Part shown: positions 48,540 to 58,576 of the stretch, piece after piece
How positions within the stretch are numbered: position 1 is the first letter of the stretch
Layout: each line of letters starts with the position of its first letter
From: Thermoplasmatota archaeon
GTDB taxonomy: Archaea > Thermoplasmatota > Penumbrarchaeia > Penumbrarchaeales > Penumbrarchaeaceae
Assembly (NCBI GenBank): GCA_048569615.1
Contig: JBLIRK010000001.1
Span: 18,896 to 82,895 of the forward strand
Direction of reading: 5' to 3'
Length of the DNA stretch: 64,000 bases
Translations under genes and position numbers: made by a program
The notes under the pieces: generated by a model
Seen by the model: the letters and a program-made list of their open reading frames with translations, nothing else
What the model was told of the DNA's origin: nothing
Database searches by the model: none

Positions 48540-51500
48540 CTAACGCAGGTCCTCCAGGTGCAGCCTCATGGCGACGCACATCGACTTCAACTCGTCCATT
48601 AGCAGCTTGAATGCATAGCTTGTCTGGACGGGATGGATGTTCCCCGTTTCACCGCATACGGGGCATCTGAGGGCTCCCCTCTTGTCCAGCATCGCAACGT
48701 TGCCGCATTTGGGATTGCCGCAGACGAACTCTATGGTCCCATCCGATTCGTCAAGCAACCTGTCCTTGATAACCATTGATACACCATGGGCTATCAGACA
48801 ATCCCTTTCCATCTCACCGAATCTCAGACCTCCCTGTCTTGACCGTCCCTCGGTCGGCTGCCTCGTGAGGATCTGTACCGGACCCCTCGATCTCACATGC
48901 ATCTTGCCCGAGACCATGTGGTGCAGCTTCTGGTAGTAGATGACCCCCTTGAAGATCTCGGCACGCAGCTTTTCCCCGGTGAAGGGATTGTACATCACTT
49001 CCTTGCCTGTCGGCTTGAAACCTACCTCGAGAAGCTGCTTCCTTATCCTATCTTCGGGCTCCCCTGAGAAGGCAGTCCCGTCTATGGTCCTTCCCTGCAT
49101 CGAACCGACCTTCCCGCCGATCATCTCCAATACATGGGCAACGGTCATACGGGATGGAATGGCGTGGGGATTTGTAACGAGGTCCGGAATTATCCCCTCC
49201 TCATTGAACGGCATGTCCTCCGGATCGGCGATCAATCCGATGACACCCTTCTGACCATGCCTGGAGGCGAACTTGTCACCGACCTCGGGTATCTTCTCAC
49301 TCCTGACCGTGACCTTCACCAGCCTCAGACCGTTCTCCGATTCTGTTATCATCACGGTATCCACATAGCCGGATTCCCGCGGTCTGACGGTGAGGGAGGT
49401 CTCCCTCCTCCTTCTCGGTGTCAGGAAGTCCGTGTGCTCCTCGAGGAACCTGGGTGGAGATGTCCTGCCTATGAGCACATCCTTCCCCAGGACCTCGAAC
49501 TCGGGCGAGATTATGCCGTCCTCGTCCAGGTTGTTGTAGGCTTCCTCGGACCTGGAGCCCATGACGTCGGGAGCGGGGATCTCGATCCTGTCCTCCTGAC
49601 CTCCTGGATACCTCCTCTCCTCTACGGGATAGGACCTTATGAAGGTGGACCTGCCCAGACCTCTGTCGATGGATGCCCTGTTAAAGATCAGCGCATCCTC
49701 CATGTTGTATCCCTCGAAGGAGAGCACTGCCACGACGAAGTTCTGACCTCCGGGCCTCTTATTGAAATTTACGAAATCCATGGTCTTCGTCTGCACCAGG
49801 GGCCTCTGGGGATAGTGGAGCAGATGTGCTCTTGTGTCGCACCTTATCCTGTAGTTTGAGGCTCCGAGACCAAGTGACTGCTTTGCCATTCCAGCTCCCA
49901 TGGTGATCCTGGGAGAGGAGTTGTGGTGCGGGTAGCAGACGAGCCCTGAACAGGTTCCGAGAATTACCATGGGATCGATCTCCATGTGCGTATGCTCGGT
50001 TGTAACGTGACCCTCGTCCACGGCAATGAAGAGGTCCTCCTCCTCCTCCGCATCGATCCATTCGATGATGCCCTGCTGGATCAGGTCCTCCCAGTTTATC
50101 TTTCCCTCGTTGAGTGAGGCCCTCATCCTATCAGTGATCTTTGTCTGGCCTTTATCCATGACGAACAGAGGCCTTCTGACCCTGCCGTCGTCGCAGTTTA
50201 TTATGACCGAATTTATCTGGGAATTGAATCTGACGTTTATCTCGTGGGACTTCTCCTGCGGCATTGCGAGGAAGCCCTGTCTCCTCCTTCTCCTTACGGA
50301 TTCCACAAGTCCCTGGGGGTCATGATGGATCCCAATTAGATTGCCATTGAGGTAAACCCTTGCTTCGTCGGTCAGCTCCTTTTCGATCCTCCTAACGCCC
50401 ATGTCGAAGAGGGTGGATTCGAGCTTTCTCTCGTCGTATCCCTCAGATATGTCCACAATGAGGGCGAGGTTCTTCACGAGACCGCAGTTCTGACCCTCGG
50501 GTGTCTCGTTGGGGCAGAGCCTTCCCCACTGCGTGGGATGGAGGTCCCTAGCCTCGAAATGGGGCTGGGACCTGGTCAGTGGAGATGTGATCCTTCGAAG
50601 GTGAGATATGGTGGACATATTGCACGTCCTGTCCAGAAGCTGGGAAACACCGTCCCTTCCCCCGACCCAGTTTCCCGTGGCCAGGGCATGGATTATCCTC
50701 TGTGAGAGAACGTCTGGACGGATGGCCGATCCCACCCTCAGCTTTCTCTTCCTGGTTATGGTCCTCTCCAACTGATACTTTAGGTCCTTCATCAACGAGG
50801 TAAAAGCAACCCGGAACAGGTCCTCCATCAGGTCGCCAGCAAGGGAGATCCTCTTGTTTGCATAGTGGTCCTTGTCGTCGGGATCCCTCTGGCCAAGCTT
50901 AAGCTCAAGGACCGACCTTGCTATCCTCCCCAGGTAGATGGCCTTCTTGATCCTCTGGTCCCTGTGGTCACCCAGGTGAGGGAGCAGGGACTTGTCGATT
51001 ATCGATTCCACCTTCTTCTCCCTGAATTCCTTCGCCTGTCCCGTTGCGAACTTCTTCTCCAGGTAGTTCAATGCATCCTCGATGGTGTTCACACCGTATG
51101 TCGCCGAGCATTCCTCGAGATTTGCGAAGATGACATTGTTCATCCTCTCATCCGAGACAATGGCCTTGGCAATGTCCTCGTCCGCATCCATCCCCAGTGC
51201 CTTCATAAGGATTACCAAAGGTATCTGGGTGGGGGCCGCCGGAACGGAGACCATCAATATCCCGTCCTTCTTGAGCTCAACCGAGGTCAGGGCCCTGAAG
51301 CCCTCCCTCTGGGAGAATACCTTGGCCACCGCCATGGGTGTTCCGTATTTCTCTTCCCACTCGACGAGGACCCTGTTTGGTGAGAGGTCCTCCAACGATA
51401 TTAGGGAGCGCTCAGTCCCGTTGATTATGAAATAGCCGCCGGGATCAAGGGGGTCCTCACCCATCTCCTGGAGCTTTCTGTAGTACTGGTCGTCGGTAAG

Positions 51501-51953
51501 GTTCCTGTCCTGGCTCATCATGTCCATGTGGAGGTTGCATCTCTTGGACTTGACCATTATCGGGAGGTCTCCGATCTTGACCTTCTCGGGCTCCCTGTCG
51601 ATACCGTTCTCGATTATCGTGAACTCCAGGAAGATGGGGGCGGAATAGGTAAGGTCCCTGAGCCTTGCTTCCATGGGAGTGAGCTCGTGTGTGGCTCCGT
51701 TTGCCTCCTTCACTATGGGAGTACCCACGGTGATCCTTCCGAGCTTGATATCCACACTGTCCTCGTCCAGCTTGTCGACATCAAGCCTGATTATTCCCCT
51801 CTCGTTCTCAACCTCTCCTATCCGGATGGAATCAATTATCCTCTGCATCCTGGACCTTGGATTGTCGTGTGTAGGGAGGAAATCGTTGAAGCTTGCAAGC
51901 TGATGGTTGATTATGTTCCTGCTTTTAAAGAAGGATTCCACTACCTCTTTCAA
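48540..51953 (-). CDS. rpoB: DNA-directed RNA polymerase subunit B (unsplit Rpo2, 1137 aa)
   Basis: ..GDKFASRHGQKGV.., C-terminal zinc ribbon CGNPKCGNVAMLDKRGALRCPVCG. A single ORF spans the B''+B' equivalents. Confidence 0.95.
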   Translation of the reverse strand: MKEVVESFFKSRNIINHQLASFNDFLPTHDNPRSRMQRIIDSIRIGEVENERGIIRLDVDKLDEDSVDIKLGRITVGTPIVKEANGATHELTPMEARLRDLTYSAPIFLEFTIIENGIDREPEKVKIGDLPIMVKSKRCNLHMDMMSQDRNLTDDQYYRKLQEMGEDPLDPGGYFIINGTERSLISLEDLSPNRVLVEWEEKYGTPMAVAKVFSQREGFRALTSVELKKDGILMVSVPAAPTQIPLVILMKALGMDADEDIAKAIVSDERMNNVIFANLEECSATYGVNTIEDALNYLEKKFATGQAKEFREKKVESIIDKSLLPHLGDHRDQRIKKAIYLGRIARSVLELKLGQRDPDDKDHYANKRISLAGDLMEDLFRVAFTSLMKDLKYQLERTITRKRKLRVGSAIRPDVLSQRIIHALATGNWVGGRDGVSQLLDRTCNMSTISHLRRITSPLTRSQPHFEARDLHPTQWGRLCPNETPEGQNCGLVKNLALIVDISEGYDERKLESTLFDMGVRRIEKELTDEARVYLNGNLIGIHHDPQGLVESVRRRRRQGFLAMPQEKSHEINVRFNSQINSVIINCDDGRVRRPLFVMDKGQTKITDRMRASLNEGKINWEDLIQQGIIEWIDAEEEEDLFIAVDEGHVTTEHTHMEIDPMVILGTCSGLVCYPHHNSSPRITMGAGMAKQSLGLGASNYRIRCDTRAHLLHYPQRPLVQTKTMDFVNFNKRPGGQNFVVAVLSFEGYNMEDALIFNRASIDRGLGRSTFIRSYPVEERRYPGGQEDRIEIPAPDVMGSRSEEAYNNLDEDGIISPEFEVLGKDVLIGRTSPPRFLEEHTDFLTPRRRRETSLTVRPRESGYVDTVMITESENGLRLVKVTVRSEKIPEVGDKFASRHGQKGVIGLIADPEDMPFNEEGIIPDLVTNPHAIPSRMTVAHVLEMIGGKVGSMQGRTIDGTAFSGEPEDRIRKQLLEVGFKPTGKEVMYNPFTGEKLRAEIFKGVIYYQKLHHMVSGKMHVRSRGPVQILTRQPTEGRSRQGGLRFGEMERDCLIAHGVSMVIKDRLLDESDGTIEFVCGNPKCGNVAMLDKRGALRCPVCGETGNIHPVQTSYAFKLLMDELKSMCVAMRLHLEDLR

Positions 51954-52029
51954 AGGACCACCTCGAACTCTTCATACATTCTCTTAACTGCTGGAAACGG
52001 GTTAGCGGGGTTCATCTTTTCATACTCCA

Positions 52030-52281
52030 TCAGATCGTGGATCGCTCTTCTACAACAAGGCGGTAGTAAAGGGATGTTCCTGCGGTTGGGCTCTGTCTCT
52101 CGACCTGGATCACATCCCCGGATTTGGCGTTCAGAGCTTTGGCGCAGGGATCCATCATCAGTATCTTGGGCAGCTGGGCTTTGGTGATAGAATACTTCTC
52201 CAGGAGCTTCTCCACCTCCTCCTCCGGTATAATCGTATGTCTCGGAACGAGGTAGTTCTCCATTACATTGAACCTGGGCAT
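52030..52281 (-). CDS. rpoH: DNA-directed RNA polymerase subunit H (Rpo5)
   Basis: 83 aa. ..HYLVPRHTIIPEEEVEKLLEKYSITKAQLPKI...DPCAKALNAKSGDVIQVER.S.TAG.SLYYRLVV. Directly upstream of rpoB. The longer overlapping track ORF 51950..52468 was rejected. Confidence 0.85.
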   Translation of the reverse strand: MPRFNVMENYLVPRHTIIPEEEVEKLLEKYSITKAQLPKILMMDPCAKALNAKSGDVIQVERQSPTAGTSLYYRLVVEERSTI

Positions 52282-52339
52282 TTGGCGGCCTCCGATGGTA
52301 GCGGGTCGTGCTCGAGCTCGGACACTGGGAAAACGGACT

Positions 52340-52456
52340 TGGCGGGTCCGAGGGGATTCGAACCCCCGGCCATCTGGTTAAAAGCCAGACGCTCTTTCTA
52401 GGGAAGATGGCGGACACTAAACCACCATTCAACCTACCTAGCTGAGCTACGGACCC
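52340..52456 (-). tRNA. tRNA-Lys (anticodon UUU) with an encoded CCA and a putative ~40-nt non-canonical intron in the D-arm
   Basis: Minus strand: GGGTCCG-TA-GCTC-AGCTAGGTA-[40 nt]-GAGC-G-TCTGG-CTTTTAA-CCAGA-TGGCC-GGGGG-TTCGAAT-CCCCT-CGGACCC-G-CCA. The acceptor and anticodon stems pair perfectly. Intron coordinates are about 52395..52434. Confidence 0.6.
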
Positions 52457-52517
52457 AGAATTTGCCAATTCCCACTACCCGATGCGGTCAAGACGGTGTC
52501 GTGCATAAGGCCTCTAT

Positions 52518-52525
52518 TATATAAA
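52518..52525 (-). promoter_or_regulatory. Candidate archaeal TATA box (TTTATATA on the minus strand) upstream of tRNA-Lys and the rpoH-B-A'-A'' operon
   Basis: The minus strand reads AAAGATTTATATAATAGAGG. It sits about 65 nt upstream of the tRNA 5' end. No plus-strand gene is nearby. Confidence 0.35.
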
Positions 52526-52756
52526 TCTTTTCAATATTTCACCCCTCACTGGGACATGACGTGGAATATGTGCTCTTTCGGGATTTAACTTATACACGTA
52601 TGTAGATGAGAAACCTCAGGACAACGCAAACCTTAAATGGAATACACCCGAATCGATGATTGCCCGAACTCGATGCGGTTTTAACTACGAGGGGAGCCGG
52701 AATATTCTGGGGATTGTACCGTTTATCAGATTGGATTGACCTTGCAGCATGCTGCC

Positions 52757-53884
52757 TCAAACATAACCCGGATAATGGATGTTCTGGCCTGGGATCGCCA
52801 CGCCCTTGCCTTCCTCAACGAAACCTATCCTTCTTCCTCCGGCATCCTTCAATCTGACCAGAGCTTCATCGGCATGGTCCGGATGTACGGCAATGCACAT
52901 ACCCAATCCCATGTTGAAGGTCTGGTGCATCTCATTCTCCTCGATCCCCCCAAGCACCTGTAACAATCTGAAGACAGGAGGGACTGGGAGTGGTGTTGCC
53001 ACAACATATTTCAATCCGTCCTTCATCCTGCAGACGTTGCGGATCCCGCCCCCGGTGATGTTCGACATTCCCTGAACAGCCCCCTTCGGAAGCGCCCTGA
53101 TGAGCGGGATCACATCCTTAACGTATATCCGGGTCGGAGTAAGCAGGATTTCCCCCAGGATGGATGAACCGTCCGAGGCGGCCCATTCCTCAACCTCCTT
53201 CATGTACCCGGGGAACCTCCTCTTACCACTCCACTCCTTGCTTGATACGACCTCTGCCAGCGGGCTTACGTAAGACAGAGAGTTGTCCATGATGACCTTT
53301 CTCACGAGAGAGAAACCGTTGGAATGCAGACCGGTTGACGGAAGACCTATCAGAATGGTCCCAGCCCCTATGCTCTCTCCCGTTATCAGGTCTTCTTTCT
53401 TCACGTATCCTAGGCAGGTCCCTGCAAGATCCAGGTGCTTGACGATCTCCGGAAGGGAGGCCGTCTCTCCTCCGACAATGGAGAGATTGCTCTGCCTCGC
53501 CCCTTCATTGAGGCCGATACCTATCTCTCTGAGGATCCCAGGATCCGGGGACTCGGCGGCTATGTAATCCACGAAGGCCAGTGGTTCGGCTCCGATGCAG
53601 ATCATGTCATTTACGTTCATTGCCATGCAGTCGATCCCAACCGTATCCCACTTCTGCAGGACCTTGGCAATGATGAGCTTGGAGCCCACGCCGTCGGTGC
53701 AAAGGGAGAGATAGTGATCTCCAAGGTCTATCAATCCGGTGAAACCCCCCTCGAGATCGGCCATCTTCCCGAATCCTTCCCTTCTGAACTTCAACGCAGA
53801 GATGAGCCCTCTTATGGCTCTGCCCTCTCCTTCTATGTCCACACCGGCTTCCGCATAGGTAGAGCCCTTCTCTTCCGGATCCAT
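52757..53884 (-). CDS. purM: Phosphoribosylformylglycinamidine cyclo-ligase (AIR synthetase)
   Basis: ..YAEAGVDIEGEGRAI....GGFTGLIDL....CTDGVGSKLIIA...DTVGIDCMAMNVNDMICIGAEPLAFVDYIA.. Confidence 0.85.
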   Translation of the reverse strand: MDPEEKGSTYAEAGVDIEGEGRAIRGLISALKFRREGFGKMADLEGGFTGLIDLGDHYLSLCTDGVGSKLIIAKVLQKWDTVGIDCMAMNVNDMICIGAEPLAFVDYIAAESPDPGILREIGIGLNEGARQSNLSIVGGETASLPEIVKHLDLAGTCLGYVKKEDLITGESIGAGTILIGLPSTGLHSNGFSLVRKVIMDNSLSYVSPLAEVVSSKEWSGKRRFPGYMKEVEEWAASDGSSILGEILLTPTRIYVKDVIPLIRALPKGAVQGMSNITGGGIRNVCRMKDGLKYVVATPLPVPPVFRLLQVLGGIEENEMHQTFNMGLGMCIAVHPDHADEALVRLKDAGGRRIGFVEEGKGVAIPGQNIHYPGYV

Positions 53885-53906
53885 TTTTTCACATCCTTCA
53901 TGGAAA

Positions 53907-54797
53907 TCAATAGGTCAGCACCTTGCATCCCTTTTCGGTTACATATACCGTATGCTCCCACTGGGAGACCATCCCGCCGGAGACCTCCCTCAATATGGGA
54001 TATGAATAGACGGAGCCGGCCCGTACAAGGCCTTTAAGGGGCCTATCGGACCTGTCCATGCTATGATCAAGCCATCTCTCGGAGAATGGAAGTCTGGGCT
54101 TTCCCTCCTGGATCAACTTCATTGCCCTCTCCTGATCGTCCTTCAGCCTGCCTCTGGGCCTGACAAACCTGTAGATGTTGGACCTCTTCCAGGATTGGAC
54201 CTCTCCCACCCCGGTGGTCGCAAAGGGCTCAATTGCCACCACGGTACCTCCGGGTATGTACTCCCTCCCCCTATCGTCGTAATTGGGAACGGAGAGACCG
54301 GCATGAAGGTTGTACCTCTCTATGGAGTGACCGGTGAGGTTGACTATCGGCTTGAAGCCCATGGAGTTCATCGTGCGCTCGACTATGGATCCGATCGTGG
54401 AGAGCGCGATACCCGCCCTTACGACCTCCAATGCGGATTCAAGTGCCCTCTTGGAAGCCTGGACAAGGTCTGAATGGGTCGTTGTTCCCACCTCAACGGT
54501 CTTGGCCGTATCCCCTATCCTTCCATCGATATGGGCCCCGACGTCGACCTTTACGAGATCTCCCAATTTGAACCTGGTCTTCTCACTCGGTCTGGGAGTG
54601 TAATGAGCGGCAACCTCGTTGACAGCAATGTTCGTCGGGAATGCCACTTCGGCTCCCTGCTCCAGGATGAAGGATTCAACGGTTTCCACGACTTCCAGAT
54701 ATGTGATCCCCTCCTCCACCATTCCAACGCCGAGATCCCTGGCCTTGGAGGCAATGGAGCCTGCATCCTTCCACAACTGAAGCTCCTCATCGTCCAT
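53907..54797 (-). CDS. map: Methionine aminopeptidase, type 2 (archaeal)
   Basis: ..AFPTNIAVNEVAAHYTP...VKVDVGAHIDGRIGD...TGHSIERYNLHAG... Confidence 0.9.
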   Translation of the reverse strand: MDDEELQLWKDAGSIASKARDLGVGMVEEGITYLEVVETVESFILEQGAEVAFPTNIAVNEVAAHYTPRPSEKTRFKLGDLVKVDVGAHIDGRIGDTAKTVEVGTTTHSDLVQASKRALESALEVVRAGIALSTIGSIVERTMNSMGFKPIVNLTGHSIERYNLHAGLSVPNYDDRGREYIPGGTVVAIEPFATTGVGEVQSWKRSNIYRFVRPRGRLKDDQERAMKLIQEGKPRLPFSERWLDHSMDRSDRPLKGLVRAGSVYSYPILREVSGGMVSQWEHTVYVTEKGCKVLTY

Positions 54798-55407
54798 TGG
54801 TCTCCCCCATTATATCATGAATATTAACCTTTCCTTCCCTTAGCATCCTGATATTCCTGTCCGTTAGGTCGATAATGGCAGAGGGTGAGCCGCTTATCGA
54901 GTCGTTGTCCCCTATGATGAGGAGATCTCCCCTGAATTGATCATCCAGTTCCTCGGCGGTAATGATATTCTCCGATCCGTGAAGGTTCGCGCTTGTAAGA
55001 CCCAAAGGTCCCGCTTCAGCACACAACGGGATGAAGACAGGGTGCCTCGGCACCCTCACCGCAATGGTTCCTTTCCGTACAACCAGGGGATCGAGATCCT
55101 CCTTCGCTTCGAGTACGAATGTCACGGGTCCCGGAAGGTTGTCTCTCAGTGTGGTCTTCTGCCATCGGTGGACCCTTGCTATCTCGTCCACCATATACAA
55201 TGCTCCGACCGCTACCGGGAGTGTAAGCTCCTTCGGCCGGTTCTTGATCTTAAAAACCGCCTCTAGGGTCCCTGGGCTCGATACGGGGGCGGCGATCCCG
55301 TAGATCGTATCGGTGGGTAAGATAACCGGCCTGCTCTTCCAAAACTCTAGCAGTATCTCCTCAACGATCACAGTCTGATCTTCCCTGTTCCAACTGATTA
55401 CCGTCAC
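54787..55407 (-). CDS. tsaC: L-threonylcarbamoyladenylate synthase (YrdC/Sua5 family, YrdC domain only)
   Basis: ..VILPTDTIYGIAAP...KNRPKELTLPVAV....TSANLHG.. Confidence 0.8.
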   Translation of the reverse strand: MTVISWNREDQTVIVEEILLEFWKSRPVILPTDTIYGIAAPVSSPGTLEAVFKIKNRPKELTLPVAVGALYMVDEIARVHRWQKTTLRDNLPGPVTFVLEAKEDLDPLVVRKGTIAVRVPRHPVFIPLCAEAGPLGLTSANLHGSENIITAEELDDQFRGDLLIIGDNDSISGSPSAIIDLTDRNIRMLREGKVNIHDIMGETNGR

Positions 55408-55457
55408 GGTCCTTCATCCCGGAGAGCTTATATCTATTGTTTGGAACACCGGTTGTC

Positions 55458-56471
55458 TCATTTCCTTTCCAGAAGGAGAAGATGGTCCCTTTCCTTGACC
55501 TTCATGCTGTCCAGCTCATCGAAGCTGTGGACCTTGTCCTTGCGGACAATACCGATGACAACCGCTCCCTTGAGCTTCTTCGGAAGGGCGCCCAGCTCGT
55601 CGGGTCTTGCCTCCCTCTCGCTAATGTACATGCCGGCGCTTGCGGTCATCACGTCCTCCAGAAGGTGGACCACATTTGGCTGCGTGGTCGCTGTCGCCAT
55701 AAGGTTGCCGGATGTGACCGCAGGTGCTATTATTACCTCCACGCCCGATTTCTTCAGGAGCTTGATGTTCTCGAGCTCCGTTACCCTGGATATTATCCTG
55801 ATGCCGGGATTGAGATACCTGGCCGTAAGTGCGATAAGGATGTTCGAATCGTCCTTCCTCGTAGCTATTATCAGCGAGGACGCCTTCTTTACAACCGCAT
55901 CTTCCAGTATCCCTTCCTTGGTGGCATCGCCGTTGATGGAAACGTACCCCTCCTCGGCCGCCTTCTGGGCCGCCTCGGGATCTGTTGTTATCACCACGAT
56001 GTTGCTCTTCTTGTTGCCCTTTGCCACGAGCTCCCTGGCCGCCGATTCCCCCGTTGTTGAGAAACCGGCGATGATGGTATGCCCGGAAAGCCTCTTCTGG
56101 ATCGCCTTCATCATGAACGCCTCCCTGTACCTCTCGAAAATGAACTGATAAGCCGTTCCTACTATCACGAACCACATTGCCGCCCTGCCGAAGGTGATGA
56201 AAACGGTGTCGATGATCCTCGCATCCTGGGTGACCGGAACGATGTCACCGTACCCGGTGGTGGTGATGGATACCACAGTGAAATAGACGGCATCGAGGGG
56301 GGATATCCTGTCGTCCCTGGAATCCTCGTATCCCGAGCGGTCCAGGAACACTATCGTCGAAATGGCGGCTATGACCAGAAGGAGAGCTCCGAACCTGATG
56401 AGCACCGTCTTCAAGGTCGCTCTTCTCTTCTTGTAAATGAAGTTCGCCTTCTCCCTCAGAGGCCCTGCCAA
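55458..56471 (-). CDS. MthK-like potassium channel: 2-TM pore domain with a TTGYGD selectivity filter fused to an RCK/TrkA-N domain
   Basis: ..YFTVVSITTTGYGDIVP.. RCK GxGxxG-like HTIIAGFSTTGESAA. Confidence 0.85.
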   Translation of the reverse strand: MAGPLREKANFIYKKRRATLKTVLIRFGALLLVIAAISTIVFLDRSGYEDSRDDRISPLDAVYFTVVSITTTGYGDIVPVTQDARIIDTVFITFGRAAMWFVIVGTAYQFIFERYREAFMMKAIQKRLSGHTIIAGFSTTGESAARELVAKGNKKSNIVVITTDPEAAQKAAEEGYVSINGDATKEGILEDAVVKKASSLIIATRKDDSNILIALTARYLNPGIRIISRVTELENIKLLKKSGVEVIIAPAVTSGNLMATATTQPNVVHLLEDVMTASAGMYISEREARPDELGALPKKLKGAVVIGIVRKDKVHSFDELDSMKVKERDHLLLLERK

Positions 56472-56569
56472 GATGCTCCCCCGTTAATATCCAGTAAACG
56501 GAAAGGCTCCCCTGATTTAAAAAAGTAGTTGGAAAAAAAGAATGATTTTTAATGGATGCTTGATCTTTC

Positions 56570-58567
56570 CTACTGGTCGGCGTCCCCGTTGTGCCAGGGA
56601 TCGAAATCACCCTGACCGCCGCTTGGGTCTATGGCGGGCCGGAAGGCCGGGTCGCCGTAAACAGCGAAGAAGGTTACCTCGTACCAGTCCACCTCCCCGT
56701 TGGGTTTCATGGGAGAAGGCTGGTTGTTTGGAGGATATCTGATATACCGGTTCTCGGACCACTGCACAGCCTTTCCGACAGTCCCGTGGTCCCCCGGGTG
56801 GTTCAGGATACCGTCCCAGACAAATGCATACCATGCATCGTTGTGGTCCCACTGGTGGTCGTCTATGAAAGGCAGATACTCGGCCGGGATCGAGGTCAGG
56901 TCCTGACCGATATTGGAGAAGCTCACCTCGGTTGCCCCGACCAGAACCGCGGGACCGGCAGAGAGATAGTTGAGCGTGAAGAGCTTGTCGAAGGCGACAT
57001 CGTTTGCCGGGTCCGTTCCGGGACCGTGTCCGTATATCTTTCCGTTGAGACAGCTCACGAAGAATGCCACCTGGGGCGGTATATCCATATTGGCTGCGTC
57101 CGAGTACCTGAGCTGGTGCTCCTCTCCGTTGGGTCCGTAAACCCTGATGCCGTACAACGACCCAGTATCCGATCCGTGCCCCCTGTATGCAACATATCCC
57201 GAGACCTCGCAGATCTCGGAGATGTCGTTCTCCATGGAATTAATGACCCCGTCGAAGAACTTGTTCCCGGTATTGAACGGGCCCACGTAGTCGTAGGAGA
57301 ATCCCGCATCCTCGTAGTCGTTGCAAATCCACCTTCCCGGTGTTGCCTGCATCCTCTCGTAGGTTATCTCGAAACCGGAAAAGGACGCACCGTGCTTCTT
57401 CCACTCCTTCTCGTGGGTGCCCCCTGCAACATCGCGGTACTCCGCCGCCACCGTATCCGAGTAATCGTCGAAGAGGTAGGTCTTGAGAAGCTGGTTCGAT
57501 GCCAACGATGCATCATACTGGATTATCCTTCCAACCGCGGCATCCATCTGGGAGTCGTCTGTGTCGAGGAAGCCGTAGATCACATCGGAGTTGACGATAT
57601 CGCCTTCCATCCCCCCGGACCTGACAAGGAACTGGGGTATCGCAGGGGCGGACCCTGCAAGGGTTATGTACTCAGCAGGTCCGAACTCCGTATTAATCTG
57701 TTTCATCTTCTCATGCACGCCGACAGCTCTCCTGTTGGGGGAGAGCTCCATATCGAGCTCCCATTCGACACTGTCCACGGGGGTCGTATTGGTGATGACG
57801 AAGGCATCGTGATATGCCGCCATCTGGGCGGCCATGACTGACATGTCCGGTGTGAAGAAGGCGTCGTCGTATGTATCGTAATCAGGTGTTCCGCGGATCG
57901 ATTCCACGGAATGGTCCCTGGGATTGGCCACGATGACATAGTCAGCCGTGAGGTCCATGGTTCTGAGCTCGGCCCACACCTGCTCCTGGCTGTTGAAGGT
58001 CGACCCGCCCTTCATCATTCCCAGGTTGTTCTTCTTGGCATAGACCGTGGACCAGAGCGCCTCCTCGTAGGATGCAACGGTCATCATCCCGCTGAACCCC
58101 TTGAACCTGGCAGATACGCCATTTATGAGCGGATAGACGTTCTCCTCCTTGATCGGGGAAACACCGACATCCCCCAGCTGTGTATTTAATCGGGTGAGCG
58201 TGCCTTCTTCGTTGGTGAATAGGATCTTTTCCCTGTCCGTCTTCAAATTTGACAGCGTGAACTGCAACTGCCTCGAGAGCCCGCCCTCGGGATCGCAGAT
58301 GACCAGAGGGTGGTATTCTCCGCCGTGGAACTGAACTGTCGTCAGGGTCGCGATCGAGAGCTGCTCCTCCTCCGAGGAAGGATAGTCGGTGATGATCATG
58401 AAATCCGCCGGGAGTTCGATATCAGGCAAGTACTTCCATTCCTTCTCCTTCTCCTCCCTTGACATGATATACAGAGCTAATCCGCCGATCAGGATGATCA
58501 CCGCTGCGGCCGCGAATGCTATCCTGAACATAGAAGGCTTGGAAAGCTTCTTAACGGAATTCTCCAT
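56570..58567 (-). CDS. N-terminally membrane-anchored extracellular clan-CD cysteine peptidase-like protein (C25/gingipain or C11-like)
   Basis: TM FRIAFAAAAVIILIGGLALYIM. Candidate catalytic His in ..GYVAYRGHGSDTG.. and Cys in ..VAFFVSCLNGKIYG.. after hydrophobic strands, as in clan CD. Confidence 0.45.
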   Translation of the reverse strand: MENSVKKLSKPSMFRIAFAAAAVIILIGGLALYIMSREEKEKEWKYLPDIELPADFMIITDYPSSEEEQLSIATLTTVQFHGGEYHPLVICDPEGGLSRQLQFTLSNLKTDREKILFTNEEGTLTRLNTQLGDVGVSPIKEENVYPLINGVSARFKGFSGMMTVASYEEALWSTVYAKKNNLGMMKGGSTFNSQEQVWAELRTMDLTADYVIVANPRDHSVESIRGTPDYDTYDDAFFTPDMSVMAAQMAAYHDAFVITNTTPVDSVEWELDMELSPNRRAVGVHEKMKQINTEFGPAEYITLAGSAPAIPQFLVRSGGMEGDIVNSDVIYGFLDTDDSQMDAAVGRIIQYDASLASNQLLKTYLFDDYSDTVAAEYRDVAGGTHEKEWKKHGASFSGFEITYERMQATPGRWICNDYEDAGFSYDYVGPFNTGNKFFDGVINSMENDISEICEVSGYVAYRGHGSDTGSLYGIRVYGPNGEEHQLRYSDAANMDIPPQVAFFVSCLNGKIYGHGPGTDPANDVAFDKLFTLNYLSAGPAVLVGATEVSFSNIGQDLTSIPAEYLPFIDDHQWDHNDAWYAFVWDGILNHPGDHGTVGKAVQWSENRYIRYPPNNQPSPMKPNGEVDWYEVTFFAVYGDPAFRPAIDPSGGQGDFDPWHNGDADQ

Positions 58568-58576
58568 GGGAACACC

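Noticed and set aside
51950-52468. 172-aa minus-strand ORF spanning the rpoH region and the tRNA
   Set aside because: It overlaps the tRNA-Lys gene. The shorter in-frame 83-aa ORF (52030..52281) matches the RpoH sequence. The extension is Pro/Gly-rich, GC-driven ORF noise.
56591-57841. 416-aa plus-strand ORF antisense to the C25-like peptidase gene
   Set aside because: The sense strand carries the signal anchor and catalytic-dyad-like motifs. The antisense ORF is Arg/Gly/Val-rich, which is typical of a GC-rich shadow frame.
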